Source: Takakia lepidozioides (lineage: Eukaryota; Plantae; Bryophyta). From it: a DNA stretch of 64,000 nucleotides. The DNA lies in assembly GCA_030704615.1 (NCBI GenBank), contig CM060733.1:62310001-62374000 (forward strand), in the 5' to 3' direction. Below the pieces are notes generated by a model that searched no databases, had not been told where the DNA came from, and was given only the letters and a program-made list of their open reading frames with translations. Numbering within the stretch: the stretch's first letter is position 1; each line of letters starts with the position of its first letter. Below, in pieces: positions 51,401 through 64,000 of the stretch. Position numbers and translations under genes: made by a program.

Positions 51401-52091
51401 GTCACAAGAGCCCAAGGGAAAAAAAAGACATCCTCAACCATGAGGTACAACGAGCATAATCCTCTGAACCCGGGCAGCTCTCCTTCCCCATTTCCAATCC
51501 GTAAAGCACGGGTCCAAAATCTCGTTTGTATTTTTAGGGCGCTTATTCACGTGAATGGCACCCGCAGGCGCCTTACATTTGTGTAAGTGCCCTGTACAGC
51601 CTGGCGGGGGTGCTTACACAAATGTAAGGCGCCCTAGGGTGCTTACACAAATAACCAAGCTGCAAAGAAATGACACGTGTCAAATTTTCTCCCGGTGCTC
51701 GCACGGTACCCTGCCCGCGGGGCGTTCCACGATTTAAGGGTTGGCTGCCGAGGGCGTTACATGGGAGCAGCAGGGTTGGCATTTGCTGATGTACGTATAA
51801 CAACGGAGGTCCAAGTACTACAATTTCAAAGTTTTACAAATGGGTGGTCTCACGATGAGCCAGCTACTAAAACCTGATTGTAATCAACGGTGCCTTCCTG
51901 AGGAAAGCATATTCCCACCATCCTCTTGGGCGAGTGCATTCGCCTTGCAAATGTCTAGGGCTTCTGTCGGACCACATCGCAGGACTACAAAAAGACAGAC
52001 AACTTGCCTCCTGAGAAATCATACCTTCACATGTCGACCGTAAGGGAGCAGTCGGCAGACAAGTCCGCATTCAATTAACCTACCAGACAAA

Positions 52092-52712
52092 TCAACCCCT
52101 GCTTTTCAGCTCTGCTAATCTCCGGCTCAGGTCGTCTTCGGACGCGGTAAATGCACTCTCCTTCACAGAAACCGTATGAGACGCTGCTTGTGGGAGGCCG
52201 AGCGAGACCTCCAAGCCATAGTCATCTGCTACTTGATGCATAAGCGAGTTCACTTCATCCTCCGGGGTGGAGAGGCTGGTGCTGCCAGCCATTGCCGTCT
52301 CAACAAACTCTGATTGTACTTCAATGTTTACAAATGTCTTTTCAAATTGGTCCATGGTTTGTGAAATCTTCTGCATGTTTCCCACGGCTAGGGCACTGTC
52401 GAGGGCCTTGACGATTCCAGCCATGGACTTGCTGATGGTTTGCATCTTGCTCTGAGTTCCAAGTTGCGCCACCACAGCATCCAAGCGGGATGATAAGCGC
52501 AAATAATTGAGCTGCTCGTTGTGCTTGCGGATGGCATTTTGCGCATAGATACGAGCGCCGTCCATATTCCCCTTCTCAATTGCCTTCTTCACCTTGAGCT
52601 TCTCACTCTTCTCCTCCTTCTCGCACTTTTTAGCCTGCCGCACCAGGCTCTTTGATGTATACTTCAACTGGAAGATCTGGTCCAGCAACTTCTCCTGGCT
52701 CCCTCCCCCCAT
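52092..52712 (-). CDS. VPS46: ESCRT-III-associated protein VPS46/CHMP1/DID2 (206 aa, intronless CDS)
   Basis: [35 protein letters not shown]...[11 protein letters not shown]...C-terminal [14 protein letters not shown]. True ATG at 52712. Confidence 0.96.
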   Translation of the reverse strand: MGGGSQEKLLDQIFQLKYTSKSLVRQAKKCEKEEKSEKLKVKKAIEKGNMDGARIYAQNAIRKHNEQLNYLRLSSRLDAVVAQLGTQSKMQTISKSMAGIVKALDSALAVGNMQKISQTMDQFEKTFVNIEVQSEFVETAMAGSTSLSTPEDEVNSLMHQVADDYGLEVSLGLPQAASHTVSVKESAFTASEDDLSRRLAELKSRG

Positions 52713-53227
52713 AGCTACAACGGACACACTTGTAAGAGAAACAAGCAACTCACCTGCAAAATAAAACCCCGAGTAACTGTGTCTTCAGAGAGCGACTTCT
52801 GGCCCACACCCACAAAGAGCGATCCCCTTCACAAAAGACGGTGGGGGGATGATGGCAGCTTTGAACGATCCCGCGCACAGAGAGACAGAGAGAACTGCGT
52901 GTTTTTTTTGGCGAAAATCGCCAGATTTCGACCTGGAAAATCGGTCAGCTACTTAGGGGGGGTAAAATCCGAGATTTCCACCAAAAAGCACCAGCAGATG
53001 AATATCAGGAGCCTAATTTTTCCTACGTGGACCAGTTAAAAGGTGCCACCTGGAATATAGCCACATTTCTAGGCCTGTCACCTCGTTATTCTTGCCACAT
53101 GGGCACTGGACAGAACTCACAGGTGGCCCTGCATGCGATTTTGGAGAGATGAAAAAAAACCACCACCCACCGACACGACCCCACATCTATTCACGCACTC
53201 AGACACGTTTACTTCCATTCTCTTGAG

Positions 53228-53405
53228 CAAGTAACCCAGTGGTTGGGTAATTGTGCCTTGCATGTGCATAACCTGGGTGATCCTGGGTTCAATCCTTGAA
53301 CATGTGCCTTTAACCGTCCATTAGCCCCTCGATGGGCTGTGTTTGGAGCAGTAGGCTTAGTAAATTCACTGGACGTTAAGGAAACTTTATCTTTATCTTT
53401 ATCTT
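53228..53405 (+). mobile_element. tRNA-derived SINE-like element
   Basis: TAACCCAGTGG box A-like, GGGTTCAATCC box B and a (TTTATC)n tail. Confidence 0.45.
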
Positions 53406-56400
53406 TATGTAGAGCCTCGGGCTACTGTCGACCCTGGTTAGCCCGTCGACCCTGGTTATTGTTATGCCTACAGAGCAACAAAAATATAACAATTATGTAC
53501 ATATATCAGATAACAGAAATAGAGCTCAAAATCCAAAACATAACATTTGAAAGGAAACAATACAACAGGTCAAACCATCAAAAATAACAGTTGGAAAGGT
53601 TTAGGGTTTAGTACATACATCCTTCGTTGCATACAATATTTGTTCAATCAAACATAATACTATATTTATTCATTAGAGGGTTGAAAATACGAAGTAATGT
53701 CCATTTGCCGGCACATTGAGTATGTCTGGTTATTTTACCACTAGTGTGAAGTTAGCTAGGAAATAGCTAGCTTTTATATATTGACATCTGGGGTTGACCC
53801 AAGTATCAATCCAGGGGCCAATACATGTTTGGGCACCTGGCGTTGTTATCTTCACGGCAGATCGCGGTGGGCTCATCTTTCTCGAGTTGAGCCTCACCGC
53901 GTCTAGCTATGGCGCCGTAGTGTGGATTTCCCATGGCGTGGGGTGCACTTGGTTCGACTTAATATATGAGTGATGTTTTCGTGTACAAGTATGTGAGTTT
54001 GAGAGAGCTTGTATGCTTGTATCATTCTCTTTCTTTATCACTCGAGAAAGATTAGCTCGAGTCTATAAGTGCTAGGTTCAAGTTAGTTGTAGCACTTGTG
54101 TTTTCAGATCATGAAAAGCGGTTCAGCCTAGAGTGCATGGATCCGTGCATGAGCCTATCCAAAGCGGATAGAGTGCAAAGGCGAACAAGTTGCAGGTTTG
54201 CAATGGATAGAGAGGCGGGTAGCCTATGTTGAAGAGCGGCATTGCATAGTTCAACGCTATGGCAACCAAGTTTGGGCTTCTAGTGTGAAGCGGAGAAGAT
54301 GCTAGCCACGAGTGGGCGAACTGGTGGTCGTCTTCTTCAGCTACAGGCCGAGTTAAGGAGCTGCAGAAATGTGGGATGCGCATGGAAAGCTAGCATGTTG
54401 CAGGTTGGAGATGATATAATCAGCTCCAGGTATTTCTGCCCGAAACTAGTTGTTGCGAGTAGATGAGGAGCAGCCGAATGATGGAGCTGCGAGGGGATGC
54501 ATCGCAGCCCGTTGGGAGCTTCAGCTCCAAGCTCATGAAGAGGTATGAGTGAAGAGAGGGGGCTGGTCCCTCTTGTGTGCAAATCAGTGCACTTGTGAAA
54601 CATGTGCTGAGTTGGAGTTTCAATCTGAAACTCAGCAGTGTAAGGGCTCTTGGAGTGGCAAGAGCGGGGCTGGAAGGGCAGCAATGAGGCGCCCTAGAGC
54701 CAGGGGATATGCATGAGAAGTGCAGGTGCACCAAGTTTGTAAATGTGTGTATTTTCAGATTCGTTTTTGTGAGCTTCATGAAAGAAAATGGAGCTTGTTG
54801 GGCAGCATATAGCTTGCTTGTTGAGTTGGGGGCGCTTCTAGTGGGCCGTGAGAGCTCAGCAGTGGAGGGCGACGGGGCTGATGGCTCCGCAGAAGCCATA
54901 GCTCGGCGGCAGCAGGTACTGGAGCAAACCCCAGCTCGGGGAGAACTCGAGAACGCGTGGGAACGCCTCGAGAACGCATGGGAACTCGTTGGGAGTTCCA
55001 GGGAACGCAAGGAACAGTGGCCGTGATGGGCCATTGGGGTGGTATCACGAGATACCACGAGCCCAGGCCGTGACTGTTGATCATGACCGTTGACCGTGAC
55101 CATTGGAAGCCGTGGTGCGGACACAACGGGTGGGCGTGGGAACGTCCCGAGAGCGATCGGAAATGCATGGGAACTCGTGTGGAGTTCCTGGGAACGCAAA
55201 GAACTATTGACCGTGACCGTCGACCATGACCGTGGGAAGCCGTGGTACGGACACCATGAGTTGGCACGGTGACCAGATCGTGGGGATGGCGGGCCGTGAA
55301 GGCTCGTGGGCGTGGTACCAGGGGGTATCACGGGGCAACCCATGGCCAACGAGCGCCTAGGGCGGGCCGTGAGGAGTCGTGGCGGTTGGAGCCACGGAAG
55401 GCCGCGAACAGGCAGAGTGAAAAAAAAAAAAAAAAAAAAAAAAACAACAAACAAACAAACTTTTTTCATTCGTTTCGTGGGACCTTGATGGGGTGGCTGG
55501 GCTCTGTAGAACAACGATTTTGAGCTAGCTGATCCGGCAGAAAAGTCGGAATTGCCTCCCTGTTGCGTTTTAACAAAGGGGATTACTCCCCTGCAGGTAA
55601 TCTTTTCTGGTTTTCAGCCCAATTCTTAACTATGGGAGAGACCAGCCTGCAAGTAATTCCTTTGGACAGAATGTTGTTGGGGCCTATATGTACCTCTATT
55701 TGCTCCATTTTTGAACCTTCAGTGAATGGCGTGGTTTTCTGAGGTAGTTCCATTCTGAGGAATGACTGGTGGACGTAAAGAGGCACTGGCGGACCCTGTG
55801 GAGGCTTGCATGGGGCCTTGGAGGCCAAGTTTCATGAGCTCGTGGAGGGCGGTTTGAGGAGTGTCTACATGATGCTCTCATGGTCATGCAAGTGAGAGAA
55901 GAGAGGAAAAAAAAAGGTGTTGGGATGAGAGCGTGCTGGGGATAGGCATTGCTTTAGCTTCCCTTCCTCGTAGCTTTCCACCTTCTCTGTAGGCCAAGAC
56001 CTTTCCGTAGGTGGAGGCAAGAGTCAATCCGGGTTTGGGCTGGGGTGTCCTTGCAGGAGCGACACTGTGGAGTTGTTTTTGGTGTGGGGGAGTTGTTGTT
56101 TTCATTCTTGTGTTTGGATCCCCTCCACACCTGCATGCTTGATTGTGCGCCATGCTAGTTTTGTGTGGGCGCTTGATTTTATAGGTGGTTGACTCGGGCT
56201 TGATCGCCGATCCAACCCTAGAGCATGTTGTCGATGGGTGAGGCTGGGTTGATGACCAGTCAGACCATCTTTGTTTCTCCTGTGGTGAGGTTGGAGGTGA
56301 TGACCAGCCAACCATAGGATTGCTGAGGTGGATGCAGGTGTAGGTGCAGGCTATGTTAGGAACCTAGTATTCCAAACCATAAGCCGCATCAGGTTCTCTA

Positions 56401-56472
56401 CTTGGTTACCTTGTGGAGAGGGGGTTAGAGACAGGTTCATGACCGGTTGAGTGTCAGTTTGTCAACACGGAG

Positions 56473-58373
56473 GTGCCACTAGTTGCTGGGGAAAGTGCCG
56501 GTACAAGCACTAGCGATACTAGCGGGTATACAAGACAAGGTGTGCGGTTTAGGCCACCTTCACCTCCTGTGTCTTCTACGGAGGTTCTGATTCGGATTGT
56601 GAATCAAGAGGACTCACACCGGCGGTGCAAGTTATTTCTTTGTCATTGTTGTGGGACACAATGGAGGAGATGTATGGAGCCACCAAGGGGCCATGTAGGT
56701 ACTCTGGGGCGGTGGGTACCATTGAGTTGGATGATTTTATCTAAGAGTTTGATAGTTGGTGTGACTTGCAGCAAATGCGCAATCCACAACTGTTTACGCC
56801 TTTCATGGCATGGAAGGGGCTGTTTCAGCACCTTGAGGGGCCGCCCATGGATGATTACCATGAGTTTAGGCGGGGGCACGATATTGAGATCGAGGAGTGG
56901 AGGATGTATTGGTCACCCAACTACGTCTCCATCACTAGAGGCACTAGAGGCACTAGAGGCACAAGGGTAGCAGCCACACCGACAGCTTCCACGAGCAGTA
57001 GTGGGAATAGTGGTACAACAACTACGACGTCCAGCCAAGCTACTGCTGCACCAGCACCAGTGGCGGTGCCTGCCTTCAACCCTGTTGTGGAGTTCTTCGA
57101 AGAGTTGAGAAGGAACTACCAAGGGGTGAGGACAGAGAAGTTGAGGAGCTTATAAGAGTTCCAACGGAAGCCTACTGAGAGCTTGAGGGAGGCTTTCACT
57201 CACATGAGGCGCTTGATTAATGTATCCCAAGGGGTTACGGAGGCTCAGACAGTCCAATTCTGGTATGGGATACTGGACAAGGAGCTCAGGAGAAGGGTGT
57301 GAGATGCAACTCTCCTACAAGCAGCCCAACCCACCTTAGCAAATGTATTTTTGCTGGCAGAGTGGATAGAGCTCAACATGGTGGAGGAACGAGTGGTCAT
57401 GGTGGGATTTGCTACGGAGGCACCAGGGGGTAGTGGTGCTCTTAGCCAGCCACTACCTCAACGTGCTCAAGGGAACAAGGGGGCTCAGGTGAAGCCCAGG
57501 GAAGGGCAAAGAGAACCTCAGATGCAGGGGTCTCTCCCTTCATTTGCAAGCCAATGACGGGCGGATGTGGTGTGTTGGACATGTAGAGGACCCCATGTCA
57601 AGAAGGATTGCCCAGAGGGAGGCAATGGTTTGGCACTGGCACAGCCTGCACAGTTGCAGTGTGGGCATTGTGGCAAGTACGGGCATGGAGAGGCCCAGTG
57701 CTATGGTTTGCATCCTGAGTTGCGCCCAGGCCAGTTCCAAGGGAACAATGGTGGCCGGGGGCGAGGTGGAGCAGCCCAGAGAGGACGAGGTGGCCAGGTA
57801 CAAGGTGCAAGCCAAGAGCAAGCTCAACATGGCCAAGGACGCGGAGGTCAGGGTGGTGACCAAGGTATGGCCAACCGGCTTCAGCAGCTAGAGCAGAGGC
57901 TCGCTGCCATGGCCACAGCTCAGGTGGTACCGGCTCCAAGGCCGGATGGTCCACCTCCTACTCCTGAGGGAGGAGACATAGAAGGCATGGGATTCATGTG
58001 CGAGGCAGCACTACCACTGGTGAATGGTGCCACTACCACTACCACTGTGGGTAGGGCACCACTACCACTAGTGCCGAGAAGCACTACCACTACCCACTAT
58101 GTGCAGGGCAGGACTACCACTAGTGCAAGGGGAGTCGGCTGCGGTAGTGACTCGAGCAGCACGAGTTCCTGAGCCACGGGGTGCGGAGGTGGAGTTGGAT
58201 CCACAACGTGGGGGGGGGCAAGCCGTCAGGCCAGGCTTTCTCAGTCATTCACATTGGCGGAGACAGTGTCGACGCCGTCCATGGCACCTAGTTCTCACCC
58301 GACTGTTACCGAGGCGGAGGTTACTATGCTATTGGGGAGAGCTACACGGGCAGCACCACTACCTAGTGTTGCC
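56473..58373 (+). pseudogene. gag with two zinc knuckles
   Basis: CWTCRGPHVKKDC and CGHCGKYGHGEAQC; homologous to copy 1. Confidence 0.85.
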
Positions 58374-58990
58374 AATGATGTCATCTATGCAGCACCGAGC
58401 AAAGTCCACCCCTGCTAGAATCTTGTTCATGACTCTCTGGAACTCTACAGGAGCGTTCTTAAGCCCGAATGGTAAGAACCGCCACTGATATATGCAATCA
58501 TTCTTGTGCTCATTGACCCCCCAGAATGTCGTCTTATGCTTGTCTGCCTCCTTGATCGACAACTGGTGATATCCGGACCGCAAGTCCAGAGTGCTAAAGA
58601 CCTTGGCATGCCCAATGGCATCAAAGATCTCCTCCGGTGTAGGCATGGCATACTTATCGGACTTGGTCTGACGATTTACAGGCCGGTAATCACCGTACGT
58701 CTCTCTCCGTCCAATTGCCATAGACATCCTTCTTGGCTGGCATCACCGTGGCTGAAGCATACTCTCCACCAGAGAGCTCCACCAAACCAGCCTCCCAAAG
58801 ATCTTGAGTCCTCATCTGAATCAAAGACCTCTCCATGTCACTGTATCTATAGGGTCTCCGAAAGATTGGCGTGTCCGTGGGCAACTCAATACGAATCTCC
58901 TGACCCTTCAGTGCTCCCAAATCCTTCAAATTGAAGGCAAAGCAATTCCTGTAAGCCCTCAGGAACCGCCGTATACGTTGTCTCTCTGCT
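58374..58990 (-). pseudogene. Reverse transcriptase N-terminal half (inverted)
   Basis: PIFRRPYR, DYRPVN, FSTLDLRSGYHQ, LPFGLKNAP and CIDDII. Confidence 0.92.
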
Positions 58991-59384
58991 CCAGTGACAA
59001 TGGGTCCAATGTCAGGCTCCCAATTATCCTCCGTAACTGCAACCTTAAGTCCAGACTTAGACGTAGAGGACGCGTCCCGTGGTTACTATGCCGCAAACTC
59101 ATGAGCAGTACTCCTTGCCTGCTCAGTCAATGACAAGGCCTCATCCTGCCCCATCATCTCATCCTTGAGGACTTCCTCAACCCAAGAAGAATCCCCAGCC
59201 TCATCCATCACAGCCGCCTTGGCTGCCAACTCCCTTTGAACCTCGAGCACCTCCCACGTGTGCCATGGATGTCTACACCCCGTGGCCCTCACCGGCTCGC
59301 CCCCACTCACTGCCTGTACCGTCTCAATAGGCAGAGAGACCGTCAAGGGAAGTGCACTCCGCACGCTACGTTGCTCAGCCATAG

Positions 59385-60340
59385 CCAAGCTGATAATCCA
59401 GGCCAAGCAATTGAGATCCATAGCTTGCCCCAACACCTGACAACGTGATGCCTCAAAAAGAGAAGGCACCGCCGTGGTCCCAGTGGAAAAACCCATAGTC
59501 CGCTCTCGCTCGTCAGCATTAGGCTCCACTAACTGCTGCAGCTGAGCATCTCACAGGAGGCCAGGTCCACTATCCCGGAAAGCATGCGATCTTGGGAAGC
59601 TGAGCAGTGTAGGTGGTGCTGCTCATGGTTGACCTACCTTGTTGACCATTGCCAAAGGCGAACGGTCATCGTGTCTCACACGCTGAGACTGCCTCCCTGT
59701 GTCCAAAATGCTATCCACTATGAGGTGTGATGGCCGCTGCACTCCATGAAATGCACGCTTGAGCAGTGCGGGTGGCATCAAGTTAGTCCACTATAGCTGT
59801 GGACGATGAACCTGTGACCCCACTGCAGCTGCATCCAGCAACACTGCTGACCCAAGCCACGACCGGACTTGATGCACACTAGCCATCACCCTGGCCCGAG
59901 AATCGCCCATCAGTGGCACATTCTCCAAGATGTATGTTGGAGATACAGCTTGATGAAGCTGTAAGTGGCGCAAAACCCGCATCATCTCCCAAAACAGACC
60001 TGACCTCGAGTCTCGCATTCCATTGCCATGCCCGGCTGATGAATGCCCTTGGCAGGGCCAACCTGCCACTACCAAATCGATGGAGCCAACCCGCTCTAAA
60101 TCTTGCGCCCCCAACAAAGAGATGTCTGCTGGTAAGGCCTGCTGATATCCACGAACTGCAGACATCGGCAACAACTCAAGGTACTGCTGCACCAACTAAA
60201 CAACATGACGGAGTGAGACGCGTCGTGCAGTCTCATCCCTCTCCACATACAAGTAACGTCATACTCGTACGCCTGCCTGTAGAACAGCAACCAATCCGGT
60301 GCTGATCCCGCCAAACAAATCCAGAAGGCAAATGCCTTCA
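59385..60340 (-). pseudogene. Complete C5 DNA methyltransferase domain (DNMT3-like motif order), inverted, with stops
   Basis: LLDLFGGISTG (I), YVE (II), GWPCQGHS (IV), YILENV (VI), VHRPQL (VIII), ERERTMGF (IX), RCQVLGQAM (X). Confidence 0.9.
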
Positions 60341-60359
60341 TCCGGACACTTCTACATGA

Positions 60360-61430
60360 TCAGTGTGGTGTCCAATGGTGACAACTGAGGTGGTCCTGGT
60401 GCAATCCCGCATTGTCCTCCTCTCCTGACGGTACAAAAGCCTCTATCCAGGCTTGTTGCACACAACAATCAGCAACCCGCTGCAAATCCTTGCTCGAACC
60501 CCACAATGGAGTGTGAGCAACCATGGCAGGCAACTCCGCCATACCATACATGTCATCCTGCTCTTCTGGAGGTGACACATCCTCTGAATGAGCGTTGCCC
60601 TCAAGCATCTCTCCAGGCCAACTCACTGTAGCTATAAATGCTGCCAGTGTCGGCATCTTGCCTCGCTGGGCAACCGCAACTCCTCCTATGAACGTCACAT
60701 GGAGCTGCACACGTCGACCCTTCCCTGACTGCCATCCAGGCCTATAGGAAGCTGACTCCTTCCAAAAATCCAGGGTGAAGCCCATGGGGTATAACACTGC
60801 CCCACCAACAAGGACATTGTACGAGACCGCGTCTGTCACAATGGCCTTGGCTCTCATCACTGAGCCATCTGTAGGATGATCCAGCTGTAGTCTGATCGCC
60901 AACTCACACCGTGTCATGCCCCGAGCCTACTCTGATCCTCCCAGAGATGTCTGTATTTGAAAAGGGCACGGCTCCATATCCGCCTCCGTGAGGCCCAAGC
61001 CTGCAATAGCAGCTCTGCCCAGCATCAATGGCTGAGCTCTCGAGTCCAACAAGACCCGCAGTGGCCGGTACCTCTTGCCTGCCGGTCCACTCAAATAGAA
61101 AATGCCATCCTGGTTGTCTAACATGACAACTCCATGTGTCATCATGGCACGCTCAATGGCTGGCCTAGCTGGCAGCTCCATCAACCTGGCAGCTGCAGCT
61201 TGCCATGGCACCGCCGTGGCAGTCTTGACCCTCACATCCGAGGATCCCTCCGGCACTACACCTCCCACTATCTCCGCAGAAGATGAAGTAACCTCCCCAC
61301 TCTCACAGAGTATAGCTGCCAGCCTGAACACCTCAGCTGGTCTTACCCCCGGCGTCGCAATCATGGTAGCCGAGAACAATGGAGCATGGCATACAGTTGT
61401 GGCCGCCCCCAACAGCACACTAACTGCCGT
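60360..61430 (-). pseudogene. Protease region (inverted)
   Basis: VLLDSRAQP; colinear with 12580-13584. Confidence 0.8.
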
Positions 61431-62200
61431 AGTACTACGGTGGAGGAGCACGAGAGACACCTTCAGGTGGTGTTTGAGCGCTTGAGAGCGCACGGATTGA
61501 AATTACATCCGGGGAAGTGAAAGTTCTTCCACAACCAGATTGAGTATCTGGGCCACATGATATATCCGGGAGGATTGAGGGTGCAGCAGACTAAGGTAGA
61601 GGCCATCGCACAGATTCCACGCCCCACGGATGTGAGCCGAGTTCGAGCTTTCATGGGGTTGGCAAACTACTATAGACGGTTTGTCAAGGGATTTAGTGCT
61701 ATTGCAAAGGCTCTAACCAAGTTGACCAAGGTAGACCAGGAGTGGCAGTGGGAAGATGAGCAAGAACGAGCTTTTCAAGAGCTCAAGGCAAGGTTGACCT
61801 CGGCGCCTATCCTGAGACGACCTATCAGGGGGCGTCCCTTTCAGCTGCATACAGATTGGAGCATGTTGGGGCTTGGAGCGGTGCTCACACAGGTGGATGA
61901 TGAGGGAAGAGAGTTCGTAATGGCTTATGCTAGCCGCTCGAACAACGCTGCAGAGTCTAAGTATAGCTCATATGAGGGGAAATGCTTAGCTGCAGTGTGG
62001 GCCGTGGCACACTTTCAGGTGCTATCTATACGGCAATCTCTTCACATTGTCACAGATCACCAGCCACTGGTTGATGGAGTCAGACAAGCTTACGAGGAAG
62101 CTTGCATGGTGGGCACTTATACTCTAAGAGTATGACTTTCAGGTTGTGCATCGACCGGGTTTGGTCAATAGGGATGCGGATGGATTGAGTCGCAATCCAT
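61431..62200 (+). pseudogene. RT C-terminus and RNase H
   Basis: VEEHERHLQVVFERL...EYLGH, VRAFMGLANYYRRFV, LHTDWSMLGLGAVL, AYASR, TDHQPL. Confidence 0.9.
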
Positions 62201-62559
62201 GCACGAGCCAGCAGGATTGCACTGGAGCTCGATGGCATGGTGAGACGGATGAGGAGATGGTGCCGGGATGACATGCATCTGCCTTTTTGTGTATCTTGGC
62301 ATTGGGAGGTTAGGTTGGACCTACAACAGGGATGACTGTAGACAGAATGTCTGAGGACCCCGAGGCTAGTGATGAGCCAAGTGGTGCCAGAGATATACAT
62401 GAGGATTCGGTTGTGTTGGACTACCTCCGCACTAGAGACACGACAGCTAGTGTGACTGCCAAGGAGAGGGATCGGATCCTGCAACGAGCCAAGAGGTTCA
62501 AGTGGGAGGGGATACACCTGCTTCGAGTGTGGGAGGATGGTCGGGTGAGGATCGTGCCT

Positions 62560-63837
62560 CACCCAACACAGCGTGCATGGTTAGTGCGGCATGCTCATGA
62601 GGAGTTGGGTCATTTTGGAGTGTGACGCACTCATAGTTTACTGCACGGGCAATATTGGTGGCGTGGTATACACACAGAGGTGCAATAGTTTGTGGCTAGG
62701 TGCATGATGTGTGACAGGGTGCGTGCTTCATTCAACGCCCCTACACCATAGTTGCATCTTTTACCCATCATGGGATTGGGCTACAGGTGGAGTCTTGACT
62801 TCGCAGGGCCTTTGCCACTGACGATGCGTCACCACAGATATGTGTTGGTGATGGTGGAGCACTTCTCCAAGTGGATTGAGTTGGTTCCATTGCCTGACAA
62901 GGCTAGTGAGGGGGCTGCGTATGCATTCCTGGATCGTGTGCTTAGCCGATTTGGTGCTCCAGCTGAGGTACTCACAGACCAAGGGAGAGAGTTCTTGGGG
63001 GAGTTTCAGGCTTTGTGTGATAAAGCCTTGATAGACCACCGTACCACTTCTCGGGATCATCCTGAGGCTGATGGCTTGGCAGAGAGAGTGGTTCAGACAG
63101 TGAAGAGGGGTTTGCGCAAGTATGGCTTGCAAAAGGGACACCTAGGAGATTGGGATCTTCAGGCACCTTGGTTAGCCATGGGCTACAGGTTTAGCAAGCA
63201 AGCATCACTTGCCTCCTTCTCACCATATTTCCTTCTCTTTGGCCGAGAGCCAGATCTGCCTGCGTCTATTCGCAGAGCGGCTGCAGTAGTCCTCAACCTT
63301 GATGATCCGGATGTGTGGACACAAGCATGTGCCCAGCGGGCAGAGTTGTTCAAGAGGGTCATGCCTATGGCTTTTGAGAACCTTGCTATTGCCCAACACC
63401 GAGACACATTGAGGTATGTCACTATACGTGGAGGGGGATATCGGCCAGGTGTTCGGCGTTTCCACCCTGGGAACTATGTGTATCTGCAGCAAACAGCGCC
63501 TACGACCTTGGATGTCACAGCAGGACGTGTGATTCTAAGGGTCAGGGAGGTGTTGCCTTCAGGAGTGTTGATTCTGGAGGGTCAAGATGACATGGTATGG
63601 AAGGACCATGTGCGCAATTGTGCACCATGTCACCTTCCATATGTGGATGGGAGGATAGATCCCAACCTTGTAGTGGTACCTGCAGGGTTGCGTTGCATGC
63701 TATGTGGGCATGCTCGTGGTGCCGTCACTATGCTAGTGTGTGATCGATGCTCAAGAGGTTGGCACATGGGATGCTTGACACCACCTCTTGAGAGGGTTCC
63801 TGATGGAGATTGGTTATGTCCACACTGCTTGGGATAG
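62560..63837 (+). pseudogene. Integrase (HHCC, DDE) with C-terminal PHD finger
   Basis: HEELGHFG...CMMC; WSLDFAG, LTDQG and LAER; CMLC...LVCDRCSRGWHMGCLTPPLERVPDGDWLCPHC (C4HC3). Confidence 0.93.
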
Positions 63838-64000
63838 TGGCAGTGGATATGACTGGTGGCAGCTAACAAGACATAGGAGGCCAAGCTCATAGGAGTCAAT
63901 ACCCGAGATCTCAGGCTCAAGTTCACAGGTTGTAAGATGGCGACTAACGATGGGGCAACTCTTGTACCCAGGGCCTCTTGATCTATCGAGTTTGAGTGTA

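Larger units (their letters stand above)
55750..64000 (+). mobile_element. Ty3/gypsy retrotransposon copy 2: gag-PR-DNMT-RT-RNaseH-INT-PHD, with internal inversion
   Basis: All domains are recognisable after re-inverting 58374-61430. 5' boundary uncertain (may extend to ~53406). 3' LTR not in window. Confidence 0.9.

Noticed and set aside
52713-52748. N-terminal extension of VPS46 in the ORF track
   Set aside because: Starts at a non-ATG codon; family similarity begins at the ATG at 52712.
54420-55514. 364-aa ORF
   Set aside because: Low-complexity, repeat-derived, includes a polyT-derived Phe run, and has no domain. Probably LTR/leader sequence whose boundaries I could not fix.
59385-60340. 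Host DNMT3/DRM gene
   Set aside because: Intronless, located between PR and RT in pol, and at the same position in a second gypsy copy.

Overview
Eukaryotic, most likely non-seed land-plant, genomic DNA that is mostly nested, decayed transposons. Host inference rests on a PLS-type PPR fragment, a WNK-type gene with a U12 splice site, OSB/PDF motifs and spliceosomal introns. The only clearly intact host gene is VPS46/CHMP1 (52092-52712, -). A WNK gene lacking its kinase domain and an L1-type LINE are also present. Two unusual mobile systems stand out. (1) A family of Mutator-like DNA transposons with a GCM-like zinc DNA-binding domain, DDE core and SWIM finger; five related 21-bp termini are visible, and one copy is nested in another with an 8(-9)-bp TSD. 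These elements carry long, regularly phased arrays of element-specific palindromes. One copy carries a spliced ParB-like + beta-class amino-(N4C/N6A)-methyltransferase gene, a Ulp1 protease and a captured RPL32 fragment. (2) Two copies of a Ty3/gypsy retrotransposon with a C5 DNA methyltransferase between protease and RT; the more complete copy has a PHD finger at the integrase C-terminus. Two internal inversions, each with a palindromic junction, scramble these elements. All domain calls were made by eye from motifs; no searches were run.
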